64,000 bases of DNA, taken from positions 20,102 to 84,101 of the forward strand of contig CAWCLB010000006.1 of the NCBI GenBank assembly GCA_963796245.1, written 5' to 3'. Both the position numbers and the translations under genes were made by a program. How positions within the stretch are numbered: position 1 is the stretch's first letter; the number at the start of each line of letters is the position of its first letter. Origin of the DNA: an uncultured haloarchaeon. GTDB lineage: Archaea; Halobacteriota; Halobacteria; Halobacteriales; Haladaptataceae. Shown piece by piece: positions 19,259 to 27,770 of this stretch. The notes beneath the pieces are model-generated. The model saw only the letters and a program-made list of their open reading frames with translations. It ran no database searches and was not told the origin of the DNA.

Positions 19259-20271
19259 GTGTTACCATCGAAAAGGACGGCATCAGGATAGAGCGCACGA
19301 ACGATTTGGACCGCTGGAACGACCTCGTGGAACGGTCGCCCCAAGGGTCGGTTTTCCATCGACTGGAAGCCCTCGAAGTGCAAGCCGAGCACACTGGCGC
19401 GGACTTTCACCCGCTACTGGGCTACAAGGGACAGGAACCTGTGGGGCTGTTTCCCACCTTCACCATCTCGAAAGGCGGCATGACGACGGCGTTTTCGCCG
19501 CCGCCAGGCATCTGGCTGCCCCACCTCGGTCCGGCCCTGCTGAACATGGGGAAACTGAAGCGACGCAAAGCCGAGCGGCGACACCGCAGATTCATTGACG
19601 GCTGTCTCAGGTGGCTGGAACACGAGTTCGACCCGAAGTACATCAACGTCCGCACGGGCGCAAGCTACTCCGACGTTCGCCCGTTCGAGTGGAACGAGTT
19701 CGAAATTCAGCCGCGTCACACCTACGAAGTGGACCTCACGCCCGGCGAGGACGAAGTGCTGTCGCGGTTCAGTGGTGACGCCCGGAGCAACACCCGAACC
19801 GACGAGGACCGCTATGACATCCACGTCGGTGGACCGGAAGCGATTCGCCGGATAATCGGGCAGGTGAAAGCCCGCCACGACGAGCAGGACGAACCGTACA
19901 GCCTCTCCCCACAGTTCATCGTGGACCTCCACCGACGAATGCCGGAGGGTGCAGTTCGTCCTTACGTCTGTGACGTGGACGGCGAGTTCGCCGGCGGGAT
20001 GATCGCCCTCGCCGATGACGAGCGAGTGTACCGCTGGCAGGGTGGCGCAAAGCACACCCACGACGTGCCCATCAACGACCTCGTTGACTGGGCCATCATG
20101 CGCGACGCGATGAACGAGGGCATCCCGCGCTACGACCTCGTCGGCGCGAACGAACGCCGACTCTGTGGCTACAAGGCGAAGTTCAACCCCGAACTCGTCC
20201 GCTATCACAGCCTGGAGCGCGGCACGCGGATGATGAACCTGCTGTCCGACGTGTACAAGCGGTTCCGGTAA
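19255..20271 (+). CDS. FemAB/BioF2-like GNAT-fold transferase (paralogue of 5007-6080)
   Basis: SPPPG, YRWQGG, YDLVGANERRLCGYKAKFN; ATGA-coupled to AlkP gene. Confidence 0.85.
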   Translation: MSVTIEKDGIRIERTNDLDRWNDLVERSPQGSVFHRLEALEVQAEHTGADFHPLLGYKGQEPVGLFPTFTISKGGMTTAFSPPPGIWLPHLGPALLNMGKLKRRKAERRHRRFIDGCLRWLEHEFDPKYINVRTGASYSDVRPFEWNEFEIQPRHTYEVDLTPGEDEVLSRFSGDARSNTRTDEDRYDIHVGGPEAIRRIIGQVKARHDEQDEPYSLSPQFIVDLHRRMPEGAVRPYVCDVDGEFAGGMIALADDERVYRWQGGAKHTHDVPINDLVDWAIMRDAMNEGIPRYDLVGANERRLCGYKAKFNPELVRYHSLERGTRMMNLLSDVYKRFR

Positions 20272-20314
20272 GGAACACGACAAGACTTTTTATCCGCGGT
20301 TCGCTGCCGAACGT

Positions 20315-20557
20315 ATGGAAAATCCGCTCGTGGCGGGAGGCCTCACGCTCGTTTTCTTCGGCATCGGCTCGATGTTCGGCTCGCTTGGAATCATTGTCGC
20401 GGGGCTCCTACTGGTCGGAATCGGCATCTCGTCCGGACAACCGGACGGGGAGAGCACGAACCCGGCCGAGAAAACGAACTGTCCATCGTGTGGCGCGAGA
20501 AACGAACGCGAGAACGACGTCTGTCATCACTGCGGAACGGTTCCCTCCGGAAAATAA
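20315..20557 (+). CDS. Small membrane protein with zinc ribbon
   Basis: Two hydrophobic helices then CPSCG...CHHCG. Confidence 0.75.
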   Translation: MENPLVAGGLTLVFFGIGSMFGSLGIIVAGLLLVGIGISSGQPDGESTNPAEKTNCPSCGARNERENDVCHHCGTVPSGK

Positions 20558-20590
20558 GTCACGTCGGCGTTCTTTCCGGTTATCAGCCGA

Positions 20591-21172
20591 TTACCGCCCG
20601 ATAGCGGGTGCATAACGGGCGATTACCCGCGGGAGTCCCGGCACTCCGTCGAACACCCAGAGGCAGGCAGCGCCGAGCAGGAGGCCGAGTTCGAGCACGA
20701 TGTAGCCGGTGACTGCCGGGTCGCCGAGATGTGCGAGGTACTCGCCGAAGTACTCGTGGAATCGTGCCAGAAAGCCGAGACTCGAACTGTCGGGGGGGAC
20801 GGGAACGAGCGGCCAGAGCAGGAAGTTGAAGGAGGCATCCGTCCCGATTGCCAGCGGGTAGATGATGTCCCCTGCGAGATGCGAAAGATAGCCCACCGTG
20901 AACGCGACGCCGATATCCGTTCGGTTCGCACGATGTGCCAGTACGAGGGCGCCTGCGGACAACGGAACTGCCGTGACGAGCGAGTGGGCCAACGAGTGAC
21001 CGCTCGGGAGGACCGAAAGCGTCCACGCCAGCGGTTTGTCCACGATGTCGGGCAGTTGTGTGGCAACCGCGAGGGCGACGACGGCGTCGCCTCGTGGCGG
21101 GTGGCCGGTACGGAAGTGGCGGTACGAGGAGTAAGCGAGGTAGCCGAACGCGAGGTGTTCCCACGGCCACAT
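20591..21172 (-). CDS. Membrane metal-dependent hydrolase (YdjM/LexA-binding family)
   Basis: WEHLAFGY, QLPDIVDKP, HSLAHSL, GYLSHLAGD. Confidence 0.85.
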   Translation of the reverse strand: MWPWEHLAFGYLAYSSYRHFRTGHPPRGDAVVALAVATQLPDIVDKPLAWTLSVLPSGHSLAHSLVTAVPLSAGALVLAHRANRTDIGVAFTVGYLSHLAGDIIYPLAIGTDASFNFLLWPLVPVPPDSSSLGFLARFHEYFGEYLAHLGDPAVTGYIVLELGLLLGAACLWVFDGVPGLPRVIARYAPAIGR

Positions 21173-22191
21173 TAGTCGGTCACGTTGATCCAGATTTGGG
21201 CGTGTTGGTATGCGTTACTCACCGTCGGGTTGCTGGGCGGACTGCCTTTGTAAAGCAGATACTCGACGCGGAGATTTTTCCCCGTCATGGTCGGCGCGAT
21301 GTCGTGGCGAACGCGCCACGTATCACCCGCGTTGAGTCGGTGGTCGAACTGCCCCAATTCCTCCTGTTTCACGACGCGACCCCCGCCGTTCGGTCGCTGT
21401 TTCACGCGCTGGAGTTCGGCGACCACGGTGTAGTGAACCGCCTTGTCCTCGTGATTGATGATGGTGACGAACACGGGCTTTGACTCACCCGACGTGATGT
21501 TTTCCGGGTAGTTCTCTTCGACGTAGTTCCCGTTTTTCCCTTTCGTCAGGAGGGAGAGATTGGAGAAGTGGTCACCGTCCTGCGGGGCGGCGACGGCGAA
21601 TCCGACGGTCGTCAGTGCGACGACGACCGACAGCACGAGCGCGAGGTTGAGAATCACGTCAGCCGTCGCCTCCTCGTCGAAGAGCGCTCGGTAGAGGCGC
21701 ACACTGCTGCCACGGACGGAAAGCGACAGTCGGTCTTTTTTCGGAGTCGTGAACCGCCGAATCACGGCGAGAAACGAGAGTAGGAGCGTGAATCCGACGA
21801 TTGCGGCGATGACGTGCAGCGGCGCGAACGACAGTCGAGCGAGCGAGAAGACGATGCCGAGCGGTGTCAGCAGGGCAACACTGACACCGAACGAGAGCAT
21901 ACAGCGTTCGCCCATCGTCACGCCGTCCTGTCGAAACCGCCCCGGACTCGACCATCTCGACGTTTGATTGCCCGCCTGTGGAAACAGGAACGCGACGAGG
22001 GCGTACCCCGGCGTGAAAAACACAAGTGGAAGGCCCAGTGCGACGGCGAGCGGCGTTCCGTACACCCCGGGTTGAATCAGGCCGAGGGAGAGCGCCACAA
22101 CTGCGATACCGAGGATGGCTAAGTCGAGGGGAAATTCGAGGACGGGACGCGTGATTCGTGTCCACAACGATTCGTTCGTTTCGTGGCTCAT
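21172..22191 (-). CDS. DUF1616 family membrane protein
   Basis: FFTPGYALVAFLFP, ERCMLSFGVS, C-terminal soluble domain IINHE...YTVV...EYLLY; start MSHETN at 22191. Confidence 0.8.
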   Translation of the reverse strand: MSHETNESLWTRITRPVLEFPLDLAILGIAVVALSLGLIQPGVYGTPLAVALGLPLVFFTPGYALVAFLFPQAGNQTSRWSSPGRFRQDGVTMGERCMLSFGVSVALLTPLGIVFSLARLSFAPLHVIAAIVGFTLLLSFLAVIRRFTTPKKDRLSLSVRGSSVRLYRALFDEEATADVILNLALVLSVVVALTTVGFAVAAPQDGDHFSNLSLLTKGKNGNYVEENYPENITSGESKPVFVTIINHEDKAVHYTVVAELQRVKQRPNGGGRVVKQEELGQFDHRLNAGDTWRVRHDIAPTMTGKNLRVEYLLYKGSPPSNPTVSNAYQHAQIWINVTD

Positions 22192-22347
22192 ACGCGTGCT
22201 CGTCCGCTGGCGGTCGTGGCGAGAGACTGGTCCGCCACGCAGTGCTGGTCCGTTGCTGGGGACAGATTCGTTTCGAGGGGCAGGTCCGTCCGTCGTTCTC
22301 GGGGAGACATGGATATCAGTGCGTGACCAGCGTATTCCCGCATGACA

Positions 22348-22356
22348 CTTTGTTAT
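22348..22356 (-). promoter_or_regulatory. ATAACAAAG upstream motif (copy 6)
   Basis: ctttgttat upstream of the DUF1616 unit. Confidence 0.6.
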
Positions 22357-22467
22357 CCAGCGCGTACCGCCCACCCGGTTGGGGTGACCCACCATACCGA
22401 CCGACCGAGTCGACGAAATCACGGGGTTTGCCCCGGTAAGGAGTTCTTGTACTGCCGAAGGGGGTCC

Positions 22468-22476
22468 ATAACAAAG
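22468..22476 (+). promoter_or_regulatory. ATAACAAAG upstream motif (copy 7)
   Basis: Divergent partner of copy 6, upstream of the small gene at 22539. Confidence 0.55.
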
Positions 22477-22538
22477 GGGGAGAAGGGAAGATATCCTTCT
22501 GAACTTGCCGAGTGGCAGGCAAGCGGAAACGACGGTGA

Positions 22539-22724
22539 TTGACTCTGAATTGGACATGTTCAACTGACGACTCGGACGCACAGGCCCCGGACGGCGAAGT
22601 CATGTTCGCCGTTGATGAGGACGATGATGGAGGAAAGTTGGCTATCATTGCGGATATCACGCGGGACGAAGCCTGGATATCGGTCCCGCTAGGGGTAGCA
22701 CAGCCCCTCTCTCAACGTCGCTGA
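22539..22724 (+). CDS. Small acidic haloarchaeal protein (~61 aa)
   Basis: EVMFAVDE...LAIIADITRDEAWISVP resembles recurrent haloarchaeal micro-proteins; start uncertain. Confidence 0.65.
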   Translation: MTLNWTCSTDDSDAQAPDGEVMFAVDEDDDGGKLAIIADITRDEAWISVPLGVAQPLSQRR

Positions 22725-22790
22725 CGCCGAACTCTCGGCGGACCCCACATTCGAACTATTTTTCACCACACTCTCCGGACTACTTACCCA

Positions 22791-22994
22791 ATGGATTATA
22801 CACTCACTGCGCTTGCATTACTGACCGGTCTGCTGACCGGCGCGCTCTTCAAATTCGTCGGCGTGCCGATTCCCGCTCCACCCGAACTCCCCGGCATCAT
22901 GGGCATCATCGGCATCTATCTCGGCTATAAACTCGTCGATGCAACCGGCTGGAGCCTCAACATAGTCCTCACGACACTCGGATTCACAGGATAA
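22791..22994 (+). CDS. XapX/DUF1427 small membrane protein
   Basis: PIPAPP...GIMGIIGIYLGY signature. Confidence 0.8.
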   Translation: MDYTLTALALLTGLLTGALFKFVGVPIPAPPELPGIMGIIGIYLGYKLVDATGWSLNIVLTTLGFTG

Positions 22995-23231
22995 CAGTAG
23001 ATTTTTCGGGTCGGTTCCTCACTCACTTCATCGTCGGAATTTTGACACTGAGACGATTGCAACTACTGGAATCACGTTTTAACCACCCCAGCAACTCGAA
23101 CGATTACCCCCGTATCCGGAGAAATTTCACCACATCTCTGGAGAAACCCCCACCACAGTCACCCATGAGACTTCACTCTCGACGCTCGCTAGCCCGTAAC
23201 GTTAACGCGGAATCCGACCGAACGGCCGAAT

Positions 23232-24656
23232 ATGATAACTGTAGAGCGGATGGCCGCCGTGGACGAGAACGCGGAGTATCTCGGCGTGCCCCGTAAGCAA
23301 CTGATGGAATCGAGCGGAAACGCCATCGCTCGCCGCGTCCGCGAGATGGTGTCGCCGGGGGCGCACGTCGCCATCGTGGCGGGACGGGGGAACAACGGCG
23401 GGGATGCCTTCGTCGCCGCGCGGTTTCTGGACGAGTACGAGGTGTCCGTCCTGCTGCTCGGCCGCGCCGAAACCATCGGGACCGATATCGCGCGGGCGAA
23501 CTGGGACGCCCTCCAGCAAGCCGACTACGACATGACTGAAGTGAAGGACTCCCGCGCGTTCGCGCTCCCTGACTGTGACCTCGTGATAGATGCCATGCTC
23601 GGAACCGGCGTGACCGGGGCGCTCCGCGAACCCGCCGCGACGGCGGCGCGGGCCATCAACGACACCGACGCGGCAGTCCTCGCGGTTGACGTGCCGTCGG
23701 GCGTGAACGCTGACACTGGCCACTCCGAAGGCACTGCTGTCGAAGCCGACACGGTCGTGACGTTCCACGACATGAAACCCGGACTCACGGATTTCGACGC
23801 CAACGTGAGCGTTGCAGATATCGGCATCCCCGCCGCCGCCGAGCACGTCGTCGGGCCGGGGGACCTCCGGAGCGTGCAGGGTAACGTCGGGGGTCGCGTG
23901 TTCGTTATCGGCGGCGGGCCGTTCACTGGCGCGCCTGCGCTGGCTGGCCAGTCAGCCCTCCGGGTGGGTGCGGAGCTCTCGTTCGTCGCCGCGCCGAATT
24001 CCGTGGGGAGCGTGATTCAGAGCTACGCGGAAGACCTCATCGTCCAACCCTACGACGACGACATTCTCACACCCAAACAGGTAGATGACCTGCTCGACAC
24101 GGCGGAATCGTACGACGACACCGTGGTCATCGGACCGGGCCTTGGGAACGCCGACGAAACCCTCGACGCGGCGACGGACTTCCTCGAACGCTTCGAGGGA
24201 CGAGCAGTCGTTGACGCCGACGCGCTTCCGACGGTGCCGGACCTCGACACGGACGCCACGCTCGTCTGCACGCCGAACCGCAAGGAACTGGCTGAGATGG
24301 GCGGGCCGGACACGGACGACTTGAGCGAGGTAACCGACGAAATCGAGGACCTCGCAAGCGACATCGGGCACGTCGTGCTGGCGAAGGGGAAAATCGACGT
24401 GGTCTCGGACGGCGAGCGAACACGAGTCGTCCGGACGGGCAACACGGGGATGATGGTCGGTGGCACGGGCGACCTGCTCGCCGGAATCGTGGCAGGGTTG
24501 TTCGGCACGACCGAGGCCTTCGACGCCGCCTGCGTCGGGTCGTTCGTCAACGGGCGTGCGGGTGATTTGTGTTACGACGACCACTACGAAGGACTGCTCG
24601 CCTCGGATATGCTCGAAACGATTCCAACGGCACTGTGGGGTGAAGACGATGTCTGA
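23232..24656 (+). CDS. nnr: Bifunctional NAD(P)HX epimerase/dehydratase
   Basis: YjeF-N (LMESSG, GRGNNGGD, DAMLGTG, AVDVPSG) plus YjeF-C (GPGLG, VDADAL, TPN, GGTGDLLAG). Confidence 0.93.
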   Translation: MITVERMAAVDENAEYLGVPRKQLMESSGNAIARRVREMVSPGAHVAIVAGRGNNGGDAFVAARFLDEYEVSVLLLGRAETIGTDIARANWDALQQADYDMTEVKDSRAFALPDCDLVIDAMLGTGVTGALREPAATAARAINDTDAAVLAVDVPSGVNADTGHSEGTAVEADTVVTFHDMKPGLTDFDANVSVADIGIPAAAEHVVGPGDLRSVQGNVGGRVFVIGGGPFTGAPALAGQSALRVGAELSFVAAPNSVGSVIQSYAEDLIVQPYDDDILTPKQVDDLLDTAESYDDTVVIGPGLGNADETLDAATDFLERFEGRAVVDADALPTVPDLDTDATLVCTPNRKELAEMGGPDTDDLSEVTDEIEDLASDIGHVVLAKGKIDVVSDGERTRVVRTGNTGMMVGGTGDLLAGIVAGLFGTTEAFDAACVGSFVNGRAGDLCYDDHYEGLLASDMLETIPTALWGEDDV

Positions 24657-25155
24657 CGGGAACGATAGAACCGATGACGAGCAGTTGACTCACACGAACG
24701 AATCGGGAGACGTCCAGATGGTGAACGTCGGCGACAAACCCGACACGGCCCGGCGAGCGACTGCCGAGGGTGAAATCCACCTCCAATCCACCACCATCGA
24801 CGCGATTCGGGCAAACGACCTAAAGAAAGGAGATGTCCTGTCCACCGCCAGAATCGGTGCGGTGCAGGCCGTGAAACACACGTGGGAGACGATTCCGATG
24901 TGCCACCAAATCCCCATCACGAACGTCGATACCGAGTTCGACGTGCAGGACGACAGGGTCGTCCTCTCGGTCGCCGTGGAGACGACGGGAAAGACGGGGT
25001 GTGAGATGGAGGCGTTGGAAGGTGTTACGACTGGGTTGAACGTCGTCTGGGATATGGTAAAAGCCGTCGAGAAGGACTCTGATGGACAGTATCCGGACAC
25101 GGCCATCCGGAACGTTCGAGTAGTCGAGAAGGAAAAGCGCGAACTCGCACGATAG
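24649..25155 (+). CDS. moaC: Cyclic pyranopterin monophosphate synthase
   Basis: LTH...MVNVGDK, KKGDVL, IPMCHQI, TGCEMEAL, WDMVKA. Confidence 0.95.
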   Translation: MSDGNDRTDDEQLTHTNESGDVQMVNVGDKPDTARRATAEGEIHLQSTTIDAIRANDLKKGDVLSTARIGAVQAVKHTWETIPMCHQIPITNVDTEFDVQDDRVVLSVAVETTGKTGCEMEALEGVTTGLNVVWDMVKAVEKDSDGQYPDTAIRNVRVVEKEKRELAR

Positions 25156-25168
25156 CAGACGATGAACC

Positions 25169-25543
25169 TCACACGAGAGCCGAATCCGGGCCGTCGGCAG
25201 GGGTAAGATACTCCAACCCCCAGTCGCGCATGGAGAGGATGACTGGTTTGAGGGATTTACCCGTCGGCGTCAACGAGTACTCGACACGGACTGGTTTGTC
25301 GTTCACGATTTCGCGGTTTACGAGTCGTTTTTCGCCCAAATCGTCCAAGCTGTCGGAGAGGACTTTGCTCGAAATGCCATCGACCTCCTCCTTGAGTGCG
25401 TTGAATCCAAGCGGGCCGCTCACTATCAGTCGATGGACGATGACGGGGTGCCACTTCTTGCCGACGAGTGACGCCGTCGCGGTAATCGCACACCAATCCT
25501 CACCCGCACACCACATAGGCAACCGTTCCGATTCGTCGCTCAT
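25169..25543 (-). CDS. HxlR (MarR/DUF24) family transcriptional regulator
   Basis: WCAI...VGKKWHPVI, GISSKVLSDSL, PVRVEYSLT. Confidence 0.9.
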   Translation of the reverse strand: MSDESERLPMWCAGEDWCAITATASLVGKKWHPVIVHRLIVSGPLGFNALKEEVDGISSKVLSDSLDDLGEKRLVNREIVNDKPVRVEYSLTPTGKSLKPVILSMRDWGLEYLTPADGPDSALV

Positions 25544-25591
25544 ATGACGGGATAGGCCGCGAGTCGATTAAAAGTTACGTCACGAAATCGA

Positions 25592-25606
25592 GTTACTGAT
25601 AGTAAC
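25592..25606. promoter_or_regulatory. Palindrome GTTACT-GAT-AGTAAC, candidate HxlR-family operator
   Basis: Perfect 6-bp arms ~50 nt upstream of the HxlR gene. Confidence 0.5.
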
Positions 25607-25816
25607 CGTTTTTCGGCTTTTTCCCAGGTTAAATACCGTTCGATGAGCGTCCCAATTAGATTCCGCCACACAACCATATTTCAGATAGAATGTCTTCGAT
25701 ACCGAACAGTTATGCTGGTCCGAGGCGTATCGAATAGTGAGAAACCATGTTAGTAGGTAACATTTATCACTAAGAGGTTGCTACCGAACATTGGAGACCA
25801 ACAACTACCGAATCGC

Positions 25817-25981
25817 ATGACAACGAGCACGCACGAAGCAGACGACTCCCAACCGCACCGGGACAAAGACCGATACGCCGAACTCGAAGTGCAAGACGAC
25901 GCAGTCCTCATCTACGACCAAGAAAACCACTGCGCTTGGATTCGCTCGAATGGGGCCGTATCGCTATATTCGATGCTCTAA
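25817..25981 (+). CDS. Small haloarchaeal protein (54 aa)
   Basis: RYAELEVQDDAVLIYDQENHCAWIRS resembles recurrent haloarchaeal micro-proteins. Confidence 0.65.
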   Translation: MTTSTHEADDSQPHRDKDRYAELEVQDDAVLIYDQENHCAWIRSNGAVSLYSML

Positions 25982-27273
25982 GCCGACGGCACCGCCGTCA
26001 GATCACTTGCTTTCGACCGAGATTGCTGCACGATTGAGGGGCGGGCCTCGAACTCCACCACGACTTCGTCGTCGATGTAAGTCACGTCCTCGACACGAGC
26101 ATGGTCGTGAACCCACGATACGACACTCATCGTTTCGTGAGTCATCGGCATGACGAGGCGTTCGAACTCCCAATCGGGCAGTTCGAGGTCGACCCGCCGT
26201 TTGAGTTCGTCAACGTTCATATCTTCCTTGCCACTGATAGCGACTGGATTCGGCGCGAGTGCCGACAGCGCCTCGCGCTTTGTTTCCAGTTCCTCGTCGC
26301 TCACGGCGTCTATCTTGTTCAACACCGTCACGATGGGCGCTTGATTGCGCTCGTACAGCGTGTCGTGGCAGGTGACGAGTTTGTCCCGAATCTCGTCCAC
26401 GGGTTCGCTCACGTCCACCACGAGCAACACGAGGTCAGCGTAGTACACCGCATCCAACGTCGATTTGAACGACTCCACCAACCAGTGTGGCAAGTCACTG
26501 ATGAACCCGACCGTATCGGTCAGTAACACGTCCCGCCGGTCGATATCCGCCTTTCTGGTCGTCGTCCCGAGCGTCGTGAACAGACGGTCTTCGGTTTCCG
26601 CCGTGGGGTGCAAATCAGGGTGCAAATCGTCATTCTCCCCGATCTCCAACTCCGCGGCGAGTCGCTGAAGGAGCGTAGATTTGCCCGCGTTCGTGTATCC
26701 CGCGAGCGCCACGAGGTCGAACCCCGATTCACGACGCTTCTGTCTGCGGTCGGCCTCCTTGTTGGCGATGGCATCCAGTTCGTCCTTGATGCGGCTTATC
26801 TGGTCCTTGATGTCCTGTTCGTGGCTCTCGTCGTACTCACCGAGACCCATGAACCCCGGCCGCTCGTCGCGCTTCGCGAGACTCGTCTTCGCCTCAACGC
26901 GCGGCAGTTCGTAGCGCAGTTCCGCCAACTCGACCTGCAACTGTGCTTTGCGCGTCTGGGCACGCTGGCCGAAGATTTCGAGAATCAATCGGAATCGGTC
27001 GATGACCTCCGTTCCGTCGGGCAGTTGCTGGCCCAGATTGTACGTCTGATACGGGCCGAGTTGGTTGTCAAAGATGACGATTCCGGCATCGCGCTCGGTG
27101 ACGGTGGCGGAGAGTTCCGCGACTTTCCCCTCGCCGAACTGATACGCGGCGTCCTCTTCTCTGGATTGTGTGACTTCCGCGACGACATCGTAACCCGCGG
27201 CGCGGGCCAACTCCGATAGCTCATCGAGGGAAGCGGTTCCGTCGTCTACCCGTTTTGCAAGTATCGCTTTCAT
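25978..27273 (-). CDS. hflX: GTPase HflX
   Basis: LEIFGQRA, QVELAEL, GYTNAGKST, LFTTL, DTVGF, NKID. Confidence 0.96.
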   Translation of the reverse strand: MKAILAKRVDDGTASLDELSELARAAGYDVVAEVTQSREEDAAYQFGEGKVAELSATVTERDAGIVIFDNQLGPYQTYNLGQQLPDGTEVIDRFRLILEIFGQRAQTRKAQLQVELAELRYELPRVEAKTSLAKRDERPGFMGLGEYDESHEQDIKDQISRIKDELDAIANKEADRRQKRRESGFDLVALAGYTNAGKSTLLQRLAAELEIGENDDLHPDLHPTAETEDRLFTTLGTTTRKADIDRRDVLLTDTVGFISDLPHWLVESFKSTLDAVYYADLVLLVVDVSEPVDEIRDKLVTCHDTLYERNQAPIVTVLNKIDAVSDEELETKREALSALAPNPVAISGKEDMNVDELKRRVDLELPDWEFERLVMPMTHETMSVVSWVHDHARVEDVTYIDDEVVVEFEARPSIVQQSRSKASDLTAVPSA

Positions 27274-27632
27274 AGGAGTAGTTTGCGGGCGGTGTACGCG
27301 GCGTGGTGTGCGGCCTGCACGGTTTCACGTTCAGCTATGCTTTCTACGTACTTAAATTCCGGTTCGAAGTACTGTTCGACCATCCAAATCGGCTCCTCGT
27401 AGAATTCGCCCCGTTCGGCGATGATGGGGGCGGCCGTCGGGTCCGGCAGGTCACAAACAGCGTCGGCGACGACCTTCGTCGCCGAAAGCGCCGGTTTCGC
27501 GTGGCTGACCGCAAATCCCATCCCCTGTACGCTGTGAAGGCGTGTCGTTCCGACCGTCGCGTGGATGGCGGCAGCGACCCTCCGGTATTCGTGCTCCTCC
27601 TCGTCGCGACCACTGATGTCGATGCCGACCAC
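27270..27632 (-). CDS. Conserved archaeal protein (DUF2209-like)
   Basis: VGIDISGR N-terminus, AAHH C-terminus; ATGA-coupled to hflX. Confidence 0.65.
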   Translation of the reverse strand: MVGIDISGRDEEEHEYRRVAAAIHATVGTTRLHSVQGMGFAVSHAKPALSATKVVADAVCDLPDPTAAPIIAERGEFYEEPIWMVEQYFEPEFKYVESIAERETVQAAHHAAYTARKLLL

Positions 27633-27770
27633 GTCAGCCGTGCCGGGCCTTCACCTGGATTGCCGCGTTTCCGTACACGTTCGCCCGTATGCCGTCGAGG
27701 TTCTTCAATCTCTCGCCGAGTACAACGGAGTGACGGCAGCTATTTCCCCCCGGAACCGCCAGTTCGAGAC

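Noticed and set aside
21172-22581. Long N-terminal extensions called by the ORF track (DUF1616, GT4 3693, thiolase 27303, LEA_2 43603, dppF 56232, moaC 24460)
   Set aside because: The extensions run through promoters or neighbouring genes; downstream starts match family N-termini or stop/start overlaps
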